A DNA stretch of 53,370 nucleotides from Candidatus Nomurabacteria bacterium (GCA_943359475.1 CALRHK010000001.1:1-53370), one strand, 5' to 3'; counted from the stretch's first letter, positions 1-9,131 are shown. The notes: a model not told the origin generated them from the sequence alone. Program-made: numbers and translations.

Positions 1-1883
1 TCACCCACTTTCCAGTCGTGTGTCATTGCTTCAATAATTTTCTTTGCAGCTTCGGCGGCGCCATTTTTTCCGGTGACGTACACAGTGCCATCATCTTCGA
101 TCGTTATTTCAGCGCCGGTTTTTTCACGAATCATATTGACTGTTTTGCCACCACCACCAATCACGAGTCCGATTTGATCTGGTTTGATTTTGAGCATCAA
201 AATTTTCGGTGCACTTGGTGAAATGTCTTTTCGTGGTGATGCAATTTCTTTTTCAATAACATCAATGATTTGTGTTCGCGCATTTTTTGCACCAACAAGT
301 GCTTCTTTCAAAATTTGTGGTGCAATACCACCCACTTTGATATCGAGCTGAAGTGCTGTCACTCCGTCTCGTGTTCCCGCAACTTTGAAATCCATATCAC
401 CGTAGTGATCTTCTGGTCCTTGGATGTCGGTAAGTATTTTATATGTTGCTTCGTTTGTGTAATCCATCATGAGCCCCATCGCAATACCTGCAACAGGTGC
501 TTTGATTGGTACACCGCCATCCATCAGTGCAATTGTTGACGCGCAAATAGATGCTTGTGAGGTCGAACCATTTGATGCCATTGATTCTGAAACAACACGA
601 ATTGTGTAGGGAAAGAGTTCTTTGTGTGGAATGACAGGCACGAGTGCTTTTTCTGCAAGCATACCGTGACCCATTTCACGACGATTGAGTCCGCCTACAC
701 GACCAGTCTCTCCTGCTGAGTACGGAGGGAAATTATAATGGTGCATGAAACGTTTCGCACCACGAACTTCCATACCATCAAGCTGATACATGTCTGCAGG
801 GCCACCGAGTGTGAGTGCAGAGAGTACATGCGTCTCTCCGCGATAAAAGATTCCAGAACCGTGTAACACAGGTGATACTCCCCCCGCTTTTGCAAAGAGT
901 TCGCGCACTTGATCCATTGCACGACCATCTGCGCGTTTGTTTTCATGCGTAGCACCTTCGTGAACGACACGGTCGACTTCGTTTTCAAAGTAGTCTTCTC
1001 CGATGGTGCGGAGTGATTCATCTTCAGAATATTTTTCTGCGAGGTACTCTTTCCACATATCTTCGAGCTCGTGAATATTTTTCTTTCCATCAGGAGAGAA
1101 TATTTTTTCTTTAAGAGATGCACCAACTTTTTCATGAAACGCAGTTTTGATTTCATCAGGAGTTTCTGGTGCGAGCATTGATTGTTTTGGTTTACCAATT
1201 TCAGCAATAATTTTTTTCTGCCAGGTTTCAAGTTGCGTAATGTGTGTAAGTGCAAAATCAAATGCTGTGCCAAGATCATTTTCTTTTTCTTCAAATGCGA
1301 GCGCTTCAATCATCACTACCTTACCTTCCTTTCCACAAATAGTGAGATCAAGATCATAGCCACTCTCACCATTGTGTGCGACGTAGGTATCATACGAAAG
1401 CACGGCATCACCTTTGAGCTTACCGACATGCACTGCGCCAACGGGTCCGTTCCATGGAATATCAGAGACGCCAAGTGCGAGTGATGCAGCATTGATTGCG
1501 AGTACACCCGGATCAGCACGTCCAACTGAAAGCACAGTGATGATTACTTGTACTGCATTTTTAATGTGTTGATCAAACAGTGGACGAATCGTGCGATCGA
1601 TAATACGCGAGGAAAGGATTGCTTCATCAGATGGCTTCCCTTCGCGCTTGTTAAATTGTCCACCCAAGATAAGACCGGCTGCGTAAAACTTTTCTAAATA
1701 GTCGACAGTCAAATTAAAAAATCCAGGATTGCCTTTCCCAGATTTTGACATCACTGCAGTTGCAAGTACGACAGTATCTTCGCACTTTAAAATGACAGAA
1801 CCATTTGCTTGGTCCGCGAGGTCAGAAAATTGTGCAACCATTTTCTTTCCACCAATTTCGATTTCATATTCACGTGTGTGCAT
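1..1883 (-). CDS. pnp: polyribonucleotide nucleotidyltransferase (PNPase), C-terminus cut by window edge
   Basis: Minus-strand frame is open from ATG (1881-1883) to position 1. It is missing from the ORF track because it has no stop inside the window. My translation begins MHTREYEIEIGGKKMVAQFSDLADQANGSVIL, shows RNase PH-like cores, and ends in a KH motif IKPDQIGLVIGGGGKTVNMIREKTGAEITIEDDGTVYV. Confidence 0.9.
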   Translation of the reverse strand, partial: MHTREYEIEIGGKKMVAQFSDLADQANGSVILKCEDTVVLATAVMSKSGKGNPGFFNLTVDYLEKFYAAGLILGGQFNKREGKPSDEAILSSRIIDRTIRPLFDQHIKNAVQVIITVLSVGRADPGVLAINAASLALGVSDIPWNGPVGAVHVGKLKGDAVLSYDTYVAHNGESGYDLDLTICGKEGKVVMIEALAFEEKENDLGTAFDFALTHITQLETWQKKIIAEIGKPKQSMLAPETPDEIKTAFHEKVGASLKEKIFSPDGKKNIHELEDMWKEYLAEKYSEDESLRTIGEDYFENEVDRVVHEGATHENKRADGRAMDQVRELFAKAGGVSPVLHGSGIFYRGETHVLSALTLGGPADMYQLDGMEVRGAKRFMHHYNFPPYSAGETGRVGGLNRREMGHGMLAEKALVPVIPHKELFPYTIRVVSESMASNGSTSQASICASTIALMDGGVPIKAPVAGIAMGLMMDYTNEATYKILTDIQGPEDHYGDMDFKVAGTRDGVTALQLDIKVGGIAPQILKEALVGAKNARTQIIDVIEKEIASPRKDISPSAPKILMLKIKPDQIGLVIGGGGKTVNMIREKTGAEITIEDDGTVYVTGKNGAAEAAKKIIEAMTHDWKVG

Positions 1884-1898
1884 AGTTTTTTAGTGCTC

Positions 1899-1950
1899 AT
1901 CACCAGACTTTAAAATTGTGCACGAGGCGCAATTCTATCTGTCTGGTGGT
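1899..1950 (-). promoter_or_regulatory. compound stem-loop in the putative pnp 5' leader
   Basis: caccagac (1901-1908) pairs with gtctggtg (1941-1948). An inner stem pairs aattgtgc (1914-1921) with gcgcaatt (1927-1934). It lies 16-67 nt upstream of the pnp ATG. Confidence 0.35.
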
Positions 1951-2001
1951 GAACGTTACGAGTAATGCCTTGAGTATAACAGAGTAGAAAAAAGTGATTT
2001 A

Positions 2002-2030
2002 TTTACAAAAGTAAAATTCTATGGTATTGT
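2002..2030 (+). promoter_or_regulatory. sigma70-like promoter candidate (TTTACA-N17-TATTGT)
   Basis: TTTACA at 2002-2007 and TATTGT at 2025-2030 with TG just upstream, 19 nt before the ATG at 2049. Confidence 0.4.
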
Positions 2031-2048
2031 TTTTGAAAAGATCATCAC

Positions 2049-2771
2049 ATGTATAGAAGAAATAGACTACGACTTGGCGGTAGAGTTCCCCGCAGATACA
2101 ACCCAGGCCCGATTGCCAGACGAATGGCAAGACAGAGAAATAGTGAACGGTATCGTAATCGTGGAATTGGCAAATTAAACAAACCGAGACCCGAAGAGCA
2201 TTTGCTCTACAATCGCCTTGAAAAATTATTCCAAGGACGTCCACGAGTGCTTGAAATACGTTTTGATTTCTTAAATCAGAAATTAAAAATAGTAGAATAT
2301 CAAATCCGTAAGACAAAACCATACGGCGTAAAATCAGTGTTTCGTGCACTTACAAAAGATGATGCGGTAAAGTTTATTATTGATAGTCGCCACTCTTCGT
2401 TTCGTTTTCCTGACCGTGGGTATGTACCTGTGGCGGAAAAAAAATACTTTGCAGAGAATAGAAGTATTGAAACAGTGCTCGGCTTTACGAGTCAGAATCC
2501 TCATTTTGATTTTACCTCTCTGTCTAAAACTGAAACATACTTCTTGTACCTAGAAGAACGTTCACAGTATCCCGAGGGTAAGAAAAAGAGTATTAAAACG
2601 GCACGTATTATTATTGCAAAAAAAGTCGAATGGCTTGAAGTTGTAATAAAAAGAAACCCAGTCCGATTTGCGCGGTACTGGAAGTTGCTCCCGGAGAAAT
2701 TGCGTATTCGAGCAAAAAAGAAATTGCGTTTTACTATTTCAAAACGCAAAAAGCTGTCACAAAGAAAGTGA
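2049..2771 (+). CDS. hypothetical protein with highly basic Arg/Lys-rich termini
   Basis: 240-aa ORF with a candidate promoter upstream and a hairpin terminator at its stop. I recognise no family. The start codon is uncertain. Confidence 0.55.
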   Translation: MYRRNRLRLGGRVPRRYNPGPIARRMARQRNSERYRNRGIGKLNKPRPEEHLLYNRLEKLFQGRPRVLEIRFDFLNQKLKIVEYQIRKTKPYGVKSVFRALTKDDAVKFIIDSRHSSFRFPDRGYVPVAEKKYFAENRSIETVLGFTSQNPHFDFTSLSKTETYFLYLEERSQYPEGKKKSIKTARIIIAKKVEWLEVVIKRNPVRFARYWKLLPEKLRIRAKKKLRFTISKRKKLSQRK

Positions 2772-2783
2772 CAGCTTTTTTAT
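2751..2783. terminator. bidirectional hairpin terminator
   Basis: aagctgtcac / gtgacagctt 10-bp stem with a 7-nt loop, flanked by an A-run and a T-run, between convergent genes. Confidence 0.7.
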
Positions 2784-2790
2784 TTGTGGA

Positions 2791-3297
2791 TTATCCAATC
2801 AAATATTTGCGTGCGTTCTGTGAGAGGTCCATGAAGTCATCTGCAGCCTCTTTGAGTTTTCCTGAAGCAGATTGTCCAAAGGTAGCAACTTCGACTTGTA
2901 CCCCAGAGTGAATCTGGAGATATTCAACGAGCGGAATGAAGTCGCCGTCTCCTGAGAGGATCACGACAGCATCAAGTTTTGGTGCCATAGTGACTGCATC
3001 GATTGCAAGACCGACATCCCAGTCGGCTTTTTTTGCACCACCAGGGAAAACTTGGAGGTCTTTTGTTTTTGTTTCAATACCAATCTTGGTAAGTGCATCA
3101 AAGAAACCTTTCTCATCCCCTGCTTCTGAGGTGATGACGTAGGCAATTGCACGAACGAGCTTTCGTCCTGCGAGCGCATCTTTAATAATTTGTCCAAAGT
3201 TTACTTTACGCTTGTAAAGATTTTTCGCACTGTGGTAGAGGTTTTGTGTGTCGATGAAAATCGCGACACGTTGCTCTTTATGTTTAATGATAGACAT
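2791..3297 (-). CDS. NYN (LabA-like) domain protein, PIN-like RNase fold
   Basis: MSIIKHKEQRVAIFIDTQNLYHSAKN...DVGLAIDAV...VILSGDGDFIPLVEYL is the typical NYN/LabA pattern. The start was trimmed from the track ORF (3408) to the ATG at 3297. Confidence 0.8.
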   Translation of the reverse strand: MSIIKHKEQRVAIFIDTQNLYHSAKNLYKRKVNFGQIIKDALAGRKLVRAIAYVITSEAGDEKGFFDALTKIGIETKTKDLQVFPGGAKKADWDVGLAIDAVTMAPKLDAVVILSGDGDFIPLVEYLQIHSGVQVEVATFGQSASGKLKEAADDFMDLSQNARKYLIG

Positions 3298-3442
3298 TGT
3301 GTATGTAAAATAGTGTAACTTATAAAAATCGACCGTGTGGAGTACTGTGCCCCTGTGGGATATTTTTTGAAAAACGAGTACGCAAACCAAACGATGCTGA
3401 CATTTCAACCAAAAATCCGCTTACGCGGACTTGGAGAGTCTA

Positions 3443-3706
3443 TTATTTGAGATCAAGTTTCTTTACGACGACGTCGTAGCGAGCCTTATCTTTGCGCTCA
3501 AGATACTTGAGGTGTGTTCTTCGGTCTGCCACCATTTTGATGAGACCGCGACGTGAGTGGTTGTCTTTCTTGTGCTTCTTCAAATGGCTTGCGAGCTCAT
3601 CGATTTGCTTTGAAAGCATTGCAACCTGCACCTCAGAAGAACCAGTATCCTTATCATGAATCTGGTGTTTCTTGATTACTGTTTGCTTTTTCTTCGTTGT
3701 CAGCAT
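3443..3706 (-). CDS. rpsO: 30S ribosomal protein S15
   Basis: MLTTKKKQTVIKKHQIHDKDTGSSEVQVAMLSKQIDELASHLKKHKKDNHSRRGLIKMVADRRTHLKYL matches the conserved DTGSxEVQVA and HKKDxHSRRGL motifs. The start was trimmed to 3706. Confidence 0.93.
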   Translation of the reverse strand: MLTTKKKQTVIKKHQIHDKDTGSSEVQVAMLSKQIDELASHLKKHKKDNHSRRGLIKMVADRRTHLKYLERKDKARYDVVVKKLDLK

Positions 3707-3796
3707 GGACACATAGTAGCATATATTGTAGAAAAAAGCAAGACCTCCTACGGTGGTAAGCTTACCAATAAAAAAGCACCTCAACGTGAGGTGCAA

Positions 3797-4045
3797 TTAG
3801 TCGTCTTTGCTCAACCGACACAAATAAAGGTAAAAAATACCATAAAATGTTGCAATTGTAGGGGGTATTGAAAAGAATACCGTTACAATACGAGGTAGAT
3901 CAAACCACTGATCAATTTCATAGAGTCCAAAGATGATCCCTATATCCAGAAATAATAGTAGGGGTGGATACTGTGCAACATTTTTTTGTATAGAGAGCGC
4001 TAGAACGTGTGCGTATTTTAATTTCATTTCAGACAGGTTTAGCAA
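3797..4045 (-). CDS. hypothetical small membrane protein
   Basis: 82-aa ORF with two hydrophobic stretches. There is no homology evidence. Confidence 0.35.
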   Translation of the reverse strand: MLNLSEMKLKYAHVLALSIQKNVAQYPPLLLFLDIGIIFGLYEIDQWFDLPRIVTVFFSIPPTIATFYGIFYLYLCRLSKDD

Positions 4046-4075
4046 GCATTCTCAACCTTTTCCACTCAAAAGTCA

Positions 4076-4105
4076 ATAAAAAAACCACGATGGATGTTCG
4101 TGGTA
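4076..4105 (-). terminator. rho-independent terminator
   Basis: accacg / cgtggt stem, followed on the minus strand by a long T-run, just downstream of the 4117-4401 gene. Confidence 0.6.
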
Positions 4106-4116
4106 TTTGGTGATCT

Positions 4117-4401
4117 TTACTCGCCACGAATGTAGTATTCGCGAATGTAGGCGAAGATGAAGCGTATGAAGTAGGCACATTCGGTCAAGAACGGTGAGAG
4201 TACCCATAGTAGTCCAAACCAAAAGAGGAAAAGACCTCCTGTGGTTAGCGTCTTTTCAGGGAGACCAAAAAGGTGGATGGCAAGTATCCCAGCATAGTAG
4301 AGAATGATGCCAATAATTCCAAAGATGCACGCGCGGGTAAAAATTGGTTTTTCTTCGTAGAGTCCAAGAAAAACGTCTTTGATGGTATGTAGTTTTTTCA
4401 T
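4117..4401 (-). CDS. hypothetical membrane protein
   Basis: 94-aa ORF with two or three clear TM helices (IFGIIGIILYYAGILAIHLF, LFLFWFGLLWVLSPFL) and a terminator downstream. Confidence 0.6.
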   Translation of the reverse strand: MKKLHTIKDVFLGLYEEKPIFTRACIFGIIGIILYYAGILAIHLFGLPEKTLTTGGLFLFWFGLLWVLSPFLTECAYFIRFIFAYIREYYIRGE

Positions 4402-4494
4402 TTTGTACAGGTTTCTTTTTTAAGAGTGTAGTACCCTTTTCTTACGCAGTCAATTTTTTACTGTTGTGCGACATTACTCTGCTATACTTTATCA

Positions 4495-5439
4495 ATGGCA
4501 AGTGAAATTGATCGACGAAAACGAGAATTTCTCGAATATGTAGAAATCGAAAAGGGAAATAGTCTCAAGACGGTTGAAAACTACGATCGGTACCTATCAC
4601 GTTATTTTGCGTACGCAAAGATCACAAATCCCAAAGATATCACTGAGGATAGCGTTCGTGAATTTCGCCTGCATCTCAACAGACAAGAAGGAATGAAAGT
4701 AAAAGGTCAGCAATCAGCAACACTTAAAAAAAATACTCAAAATTACCACCTTATCGCACTGCGTGTATTTTTGAAGTATCTTATGAAGCGGAGTGTTACC
4801 TCTCTTGCGCCTGATAAAATCGAACTCGCAAAAATTAAACCACGAAGTCTTGATTTGATTTCGAGTGACGAACTTGCGCGACTACTTAGTGCGCCCCTTT
4901 TGTTGCTACAAAAGGCGACGACGGCTGTCGATGCATTAAAATATCTTCGTGATCATGCAATTCTTGAACTCTTTTTCTCGACGGGACTCCGTCTTTCTGA
5001 ATTGTGCTCACTCAACCGCGACCTTGATCTTTCAAAGGATGAATTTTCAATTCGTGGTAAGGGCGAAAAGGTGCGTGTTGTATTTCTTTCAGCTGAAGCA
5101 AAAGAGGCAATTAAAAAATATTTGAACATGCGCAAAGATATGGAAGATCCTCTCTTTTTAAATCACTCACGAAAAAAAAGTGAATCTATGCGACTTACAC
5201 AGCGTTCAATCGAGCGTAGTGTGCGAACCTACGCAACAGTTGCTGGCATTTCAAAAAAAGTAACACCACACGTGATTCGCCATTCATTCGCAACCGACTT
5301 ACTCTCAAATGGTGCTGATATTCGTAGTGTACAAATGATGCTTGGGCATGCCAATATTGCTACGACACAAATATATACACACGTGACTGATGCCCAATTG
5401 CGTGAGGTCCATAAAAAATTCCACACAAAGAGAAAATAA
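4495..5439 (+). CDS. tyrosine site-specific recombinase, XerC/XerD family
   Basis: It has the catalytic pattern: STGLRLSELCSL (Arg), HVIRHSFAT (HxxR) and GHANIATTQIYTHV (His...Tyr), plus an N-terminal SAM-like core-binding domain. Confidence 0.88.
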   Translation: MASEIDRRKREFLEYVEIEKGNSLKTVENYDRYLSRYFAYAKITNPKDITEDSVREFRLHLNRQEGMKVKGQQSATLKKNTQNYHLIALRVFLKYLMKRSVTSLAPDKIELAKIKPRSLDLISSDELARLLSAPLLLLQKATTAVDALKYLRDHAILELFFSTGLRLSELCSLNRDLDLSKDEFSIRGKGEKVRVVFLSAEAKEAIKKYLNMRKDMEDPLFLNHSRKKSESMRLTQRSIERSVRTYATVAGISKKVTPHVIRHSFATDLLSNGADIRSVQMMLGHANIATTQIYTHVTDAQLREVHKKFHTKRK

Positions 5440-5475
5440 AAAACATCTCAAATATTTTTTTGAGATGTTTTATTA
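5440..5475. terminator. bidirectional hairpin terminator
   Basis: aacatctca / tgagatgtt stem with A/T-runs on both sides. Confidence 0.65.
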
Positions 5476-5492
5476 AAACAAAACGTAAACCA

Positions 5493-5756
5493 TTACATCG
5501 CGACCTGTCCGGAATCCCCCTGTTCTCGTCTTTCTTGATCGCGTTTGTCTACTAGTGTGTGAAGCCTCCCTCGACGTTCGGGTATTACTTCTGAACTAGG
5601 TTCAAGATTGACCTTACCAATAATGCCACCCTTGAGAATCTTTTCATACGTTGCTTCGCGCTCCATTCTTTCTTGTGAAAGTTCGTGAGTCTGCGGTGTC
5701 TGTGCTGTTCGGCGCTGTTTCCCTCCAAACAGCATTCCGATGAGATGTTTGATCAT
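5493..5756 (-). CDS. hypothetical protein
   Basis: The ORF was trimmed to MIKHLIGMLFGG (87 aa). It is charged with no recognisable domain. Confidence 0.35.
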   Translation of the reverse strand: MIKHLIGMLFGGKQRRTAQTPQTHELSQERMEREATYEKILKGGIIGKVNLEPSSEVIPERRGRLHTLVDKRDQERREQGDSGQVAM

Positions 5757-5849
5757 ACGTTTTTGTTTTTCGAGTAAGACAAAGATTTCTATATATAAGT
5801 ATGTTCTTGTACAGGAAAAATGCAAGTTACCTCATGATATAATTGGGGA

Positions 5850-6506
5850 ATGCATGAAGAACAAAAAGAAATGTTTGCCCGCGCATACCGCACGGGTACT
5901 GATTTGTGGACGCACCTCCCTCTTGCAAAAGCGCGCAACGAATTTCTTGCTCTCCTTTCACCAAATGCACTTGTGCTTGATGTTGGTGCTGGTAGAGGGC
6001 TTTGGGCGAGAACACTGATTGAGGCAGGAATGCGTGTACTAGGGCTTGAGTATGTTGGTGAGCAAGTTGAAAAAAATAATTCCGAAATAAAAAATAAAGG
6101 ATGGCAGACACGCGCACGTTTTGTAGAAGCAGATGCGCTCAACATTCCTTTTACTGATGCAAGCTTCGATGCGGTGACCGATATTGGGCTTCTACAACAT
6201 ATGGGGCCACAGGAAATACCAAAACTTGTGCAGGAAATTATTCGAGTAGTGAAGCCGAATGGAATTGTTCTACTTACAACACTTTCAAAAGAAACCCTTA
6301 CCTATTTGGACTGGCATCCTAAAGCAAGCGCGACAGGTTTTTTTATTAAAGATGGAGTTCAATATTATTTTGCAAGCTTTGAGGAAATCGCCGATCTTTT
6401 CAAAGATTCTTTTGATGTTGTTGCGTACGAAAATGAGTTATTGGAAGATGGGCACGTGCAATATCATCACTTTATTATGAAACGAAAATACTATGCGCAT
6501 CATTAG
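5850..6506 (+). CDS. class I SAM-dependent methyltransferase
   Basis: Motif I VLDVGAGRGLWA, then FDAVTDIGLLQHM and VKPNGIVLLTT, a typical Rossmann methyltransferase layout. Confidence 0.8.
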   Translation: MHEEQKEMFARAYRTGTDLWTHLPLAKARNEFLALLSPNALVLDVGAGRGLWARTLIEAGMRVLGLEYVGEQVEKNNSEIKNKGWQTRARFVEADALNIPFTDASFDAVTDIGLLQHMGPQEIPKLVQEIIRVVKPNGIVLLTTLSKETLTYLDWHPKASATGFFIKDGVQYYFASFEEIADLFKDSFDVVAYENELLEDGHVQYHHFIMKRKYYAHH

Positions 6507-7263
6507 TTGGAATACCAATGGCCTTCGGGCAACAATTAAACAAAACTTTTTTACTCCCCTTTTTGACAAATATTCACCCGATATTGTTTGTTTGCAAGAA
6601 GTAAAGGCAGAAGAGTCTCAAATTCCAGAAGAGTTTCGTGTGTATAAAAAGTATTTTTCATATTTCGCGCACTCAAAAGTGAAAAAAGGATATTCTGGTG
6701 TTGCAATTTACTCAAAAATTAAACCAGAAAAAGTTGAGCTCGGAATCGGCACTCCTCGTTTCGACGATGAAGGTCGCACTATTGTTGCACACTATAAAGC
6801 ATTTGTGCTTATCAATTGCTATTTTCCAAATGGCGGCGGTGGTCCGGAGCGGCTTGCTTACAAGCTTGCATTCTATGATGCTTTTCTTAAGTATTGCGAT
6901 GCGCTTAAAAAGAAAGGGAAGAAAATTATTTTTTGTGGTGATGTAAATACCGCACACGAAGCAATTGATCTCGCGCGACCAAAAGAAAATGAAGACAACA
7001 CCGGCTTTCTCCCTATTGAGCGTGAATGGATTGATGAAGTAGTTGCCAATGGCTACGTTGATGTATTCCGTCATTTCTACCCAACAAAAACAGAAAGCTA
7101 TACTTACTGGGATCAAAAAACTCGTGCTCGTGATCGCAATGTTGGTTGGCGTATCGACTACTTTTTTGTAACACAAAACATTGTTTCTCAAATTAAAGGT
7201 ACCAGAATGCTGACTGACTATCTTGGCTCAGATCATTGTCCTATCGTACTTGATCTCAAGTAA
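6493..7263 (+). CDS. xthA: exodeoxyribonuclease III (AP endonuclease)
   Basis: MRIISWNTNGLRA, CLQEVK, FPNGG, GDVNTAHEAIDL and SDHCPIVLDL are ExoIII/EEP family hallmarks. It overlaps the upstream gene by 14 nt. Confidence 0.9.
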   Translation: MRIISWNTNGLRATIKQNFFTPLFDKYSPDIVCLQEVKAEESQIPEEFRVYKKYFSYFAHSKVKKGYSGVAIYSKIKPEKVELGIGTPRFDDEGRTIVAHYKAFVLINCYFPNGGGGPERLAYKLAFYDAFLKYCDALKKKGKKIIFCGDVNTAHEAIDLARPKENEDNTGFLPIEREWIDEVVANGYVDVFRHFYPTKTESYTYWDQKTRARDRNVGWRIDYFFVTQNIVSQIKGTRMLTDYLGSDHCPIVLDLK

Positions 7264-7274
7264 ACGTTCGTGGT

Positions 7275-7652
7275 GTGAGGAGCGCTCTGGCTTTTTTGCT
7301 ATTCTGTGGTATTATTATTGCAAATGAACCTCCTAAATTAAATAGCATGGCGATACGATACAAACCCGGATGTGATCCACGTGAGCGCGAAGATGAAGAC
7401 GACAGTGATGAACTTCGTATTCTTGAAGGCACCATACGGTCGTTCCTACGCAAACTCAAAAGCATTGATTCGCACCACTACGGCATAGCAGCATTATTGT
7501 GTGGAATAGCACTCATTGGTATCTGTGTATATATTGATTCTTGCTCGACCCCTATGCCGGCACCAACCGCAAAGTACAATGTTTCGAAAGATACCATATA
7601 CAACTCTGAAACTCACTCATACAAAAAACAATATAAAACTAATATCCCATGA
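7275..7652 (+). CDS. hypothetical membrane protein
   Basis: 125-aa ORF (GTG start; an alternative ATG lies at 7347) with an acidic stretch and one TM helix (IAALLCGIALIGICVYI). Confidence 0.45.
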   Translation: MRSALAFLLFCGIIIANEPPKLNSMAIRYKPGCDPREREDEDDSDELRILEGTIRSFLRKLKSIDSHHYGIAALLCGIALIGICVYIDSCSTPMPAPTAKYNVSKDTIYNSETHSYKKQYKTNIP

Positions 7653-7783
7653 ACGGTTACGATAGAGAAGATTACGAAAGAGAAGAAAAAATGCGGAGCA
7701 AAATCCCTCTATGGCAAAAGGTTGGACTAGCCCTCCTTTTAACAATGGTGTTCTACGCACTCTATTTGTTTATTTTTAAATAG
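7649..7783 (+). CDS. hypothetical 44-aa tail-anchored membrane peptide
   Basis: My own ORF, below the track cutoff: MNGYDREDYEREEKMRSKIPLWQKVGLALLLTMVFYALYLFIFK. It shares an ATGA start/stop overlap with the upstream ORF, and a terminator follows directly. Confidence 0.45.
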   Translation: MNGYDREDYEREEKMRSKIPLWQKVGLALLLTMVFYALYLFIFK

Positions 7784-7797
7784 AGTAATCAAGATTT

Positions 7798-7822
7798 AAA
7801 CCACCTCCGGGTGGTTTTTTTT
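7798..7822 (+). terminator. rho-independent terminator
   Basis: aaaccacc-tccg-ggtggttttttttt. Confidence 0.75.
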
Positions 7823-7890
7823 ATTTGACTTTACGAGGCGGATAGACTACAAAGAACGCAGAGAATGTAACTTTAAAAATAACTACCTAT

Positions 7891-9015
7891 ATGCAAAAAT
7901 CAATCCCTATTTTCATGGTCGCCCAAGGTGGCGGGCCGTGTTCCGGAAAAACAACTGGAATGGTGCATGTCGCTGAATATGCCCAACAGCTCGGATTAAA
8001 TGTAGTACTTGTTCCCGAAGCTGCCACAGAGGCATTTACTGCGGGTGTACCTCGTGATCCTGATACGCAGGCAAATATTCTTGATTTACAAATCGCACAT
8101 GAAGATGCCTACTACGGATCAGCGCAACGACTCTACCTTCGGTACAAAAAACCAGTACTCGTGTACTGTGACCGAGGAATACTCGATGGTGCTGCGTATG
8201 CTGAAAACCAATTGCAATTTGATAAACTCCTCCTCGAGCGAAAAATAAATCGCTCCGCCATTCTCGAAAGCAGATATGATGTAGTGACGCACTTAGTCAC
8301 TGCAGCAAATGGTGTGCCTGAATTCTACACGCTTGCAAATAACAACAAGCGTACGGAGACGCTTGAAGAAGCAATTGTCCTCGATCAGAAATTACAGAAT
8401 GTTTGGAATGGTGCTCAGCACTATGAAATCATCGGCAACATAAGAAAAGATGGCACGAAGAAGACGTTTGAAGAAAAACTTCGTGAAAATGCTACTGCCA
8501 TTTTTGAAGCACTTGGTTTCCCTGCTCCAGTGGAAAAGGAAAGAAAATGGGAGGTTGAGAGAATTGAATTACGCGAAGTATTAAAAAGAAACAATATTGA
8601 ATGGAATGAGTGTCTCATCTATCAAACATACCTTGCCTCAAATGAAAATGATGAGGAGCGTATACGCCGGAAAGTATTTCCAGACGGTATGACGTTTTGC
8701 TATCATACACGCAAGCGCGAGATGAGCGCCACACAACGTATTGAAAATGAAAGATTCATTACCACGTATGCGTATGAAAGACTCATGCACCGTCGAGATT
8801 TGTCACGTAGGACTATTCGCAAAAACAGGCTCTCGTTTATCTACAAAGAACAAGTGTTTGTCGTGGATGAGTACCTCTTCCCTGAGCGCAAATATCATAA
8901 GTTAGAGCTTGAAGGTTCGCGAATTGATAGTGTAATTTTGCCAGACTTTTTGCCAATAAAAAAAGAGGTCACAGGCATCCTCGACTTTAAAGATAGCCAG
9001 CTCGCATTAGTGTAA
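7891..9015 (+). CDS. P-loop NTPase (AAA_28/NadR-kinase-like) fused to a CYTH-like triphosphate tunnel domain
   Basis: Walker A GGGPCSGKTT sits at the N-terminus. The C-terminal half opens with EKERKWEV, which fits the CYTH ExExK signature. Confidence 0.7.
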   Translation: MQKSIPIFMVAQGGGPCSGKTTGMVHVAEYAQQLGLNVVLVPEAATEAFTAGVPRDPDTQANILDLQIAHEDAYYGSAQRLYLRYKKPVLVYCDRGILDGAAYAENQLQFDKLLLERKINRSAILESRYDVVTHLVTAANGVPEFYTLANNNKRTETLEEAIVLDQKLQNVWNGAQHYEIIGNIRKDGTKKTFEEKLRENATAIFEALGFPAPVEKERKWEVERIELREVLKRNNIEWNECLIYQTYLASNENDEERIRRKVFPDGMTFCYHTRKREMSATQRIENERFITTYAYERLMHRRDLSRRTIRKNRLSFIYKEQVFVVDEYLFPERKYHKLELEGSRIDSVILPDFLPIKKEVTGILDFKDSQLALV

Positions 9016-9039
9016 TAGTTTAAAAGAGTGCAATCCCTA

Positions 9040-9065
9040 AACTTCCCATCTGGGAAGTTTTTTTA
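9040..9065 (+). terminator. rho-independent terminator
   Basis: cttcc-catctg-ggaag followed by tttttttt. Confidence 0.65.
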
Positions 9066-9131
9066 TTGCTTGACATTAAAATGACGATACGCTACTCTTG
9101 CAATTACCGCACCTTAAACAAAAGAATATTT

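Noticed and set aside
18-1525. Several ORF-track ORFs (18-221, 270-539, 695-1309, 1147-1359, 1182-1484, 1316-1525) at the left edge of the window
   Set aside because: All lie inside or antisense to the uninterrupted minus-strand PNPase frame (1-1883), whose translation shows RNase PH and KH motifs. Their translations are low-complexity or Cys-rich junk.
5789-6145. Minus-strand ORFs overlapping the methyltransferase 5' region (5789-6145, 5827-6117)
   Set aside because: They are antisense to a gene with clear SAM-methyltransferase motifs, and their translations are Ser/Ala/Arg-rich without features.
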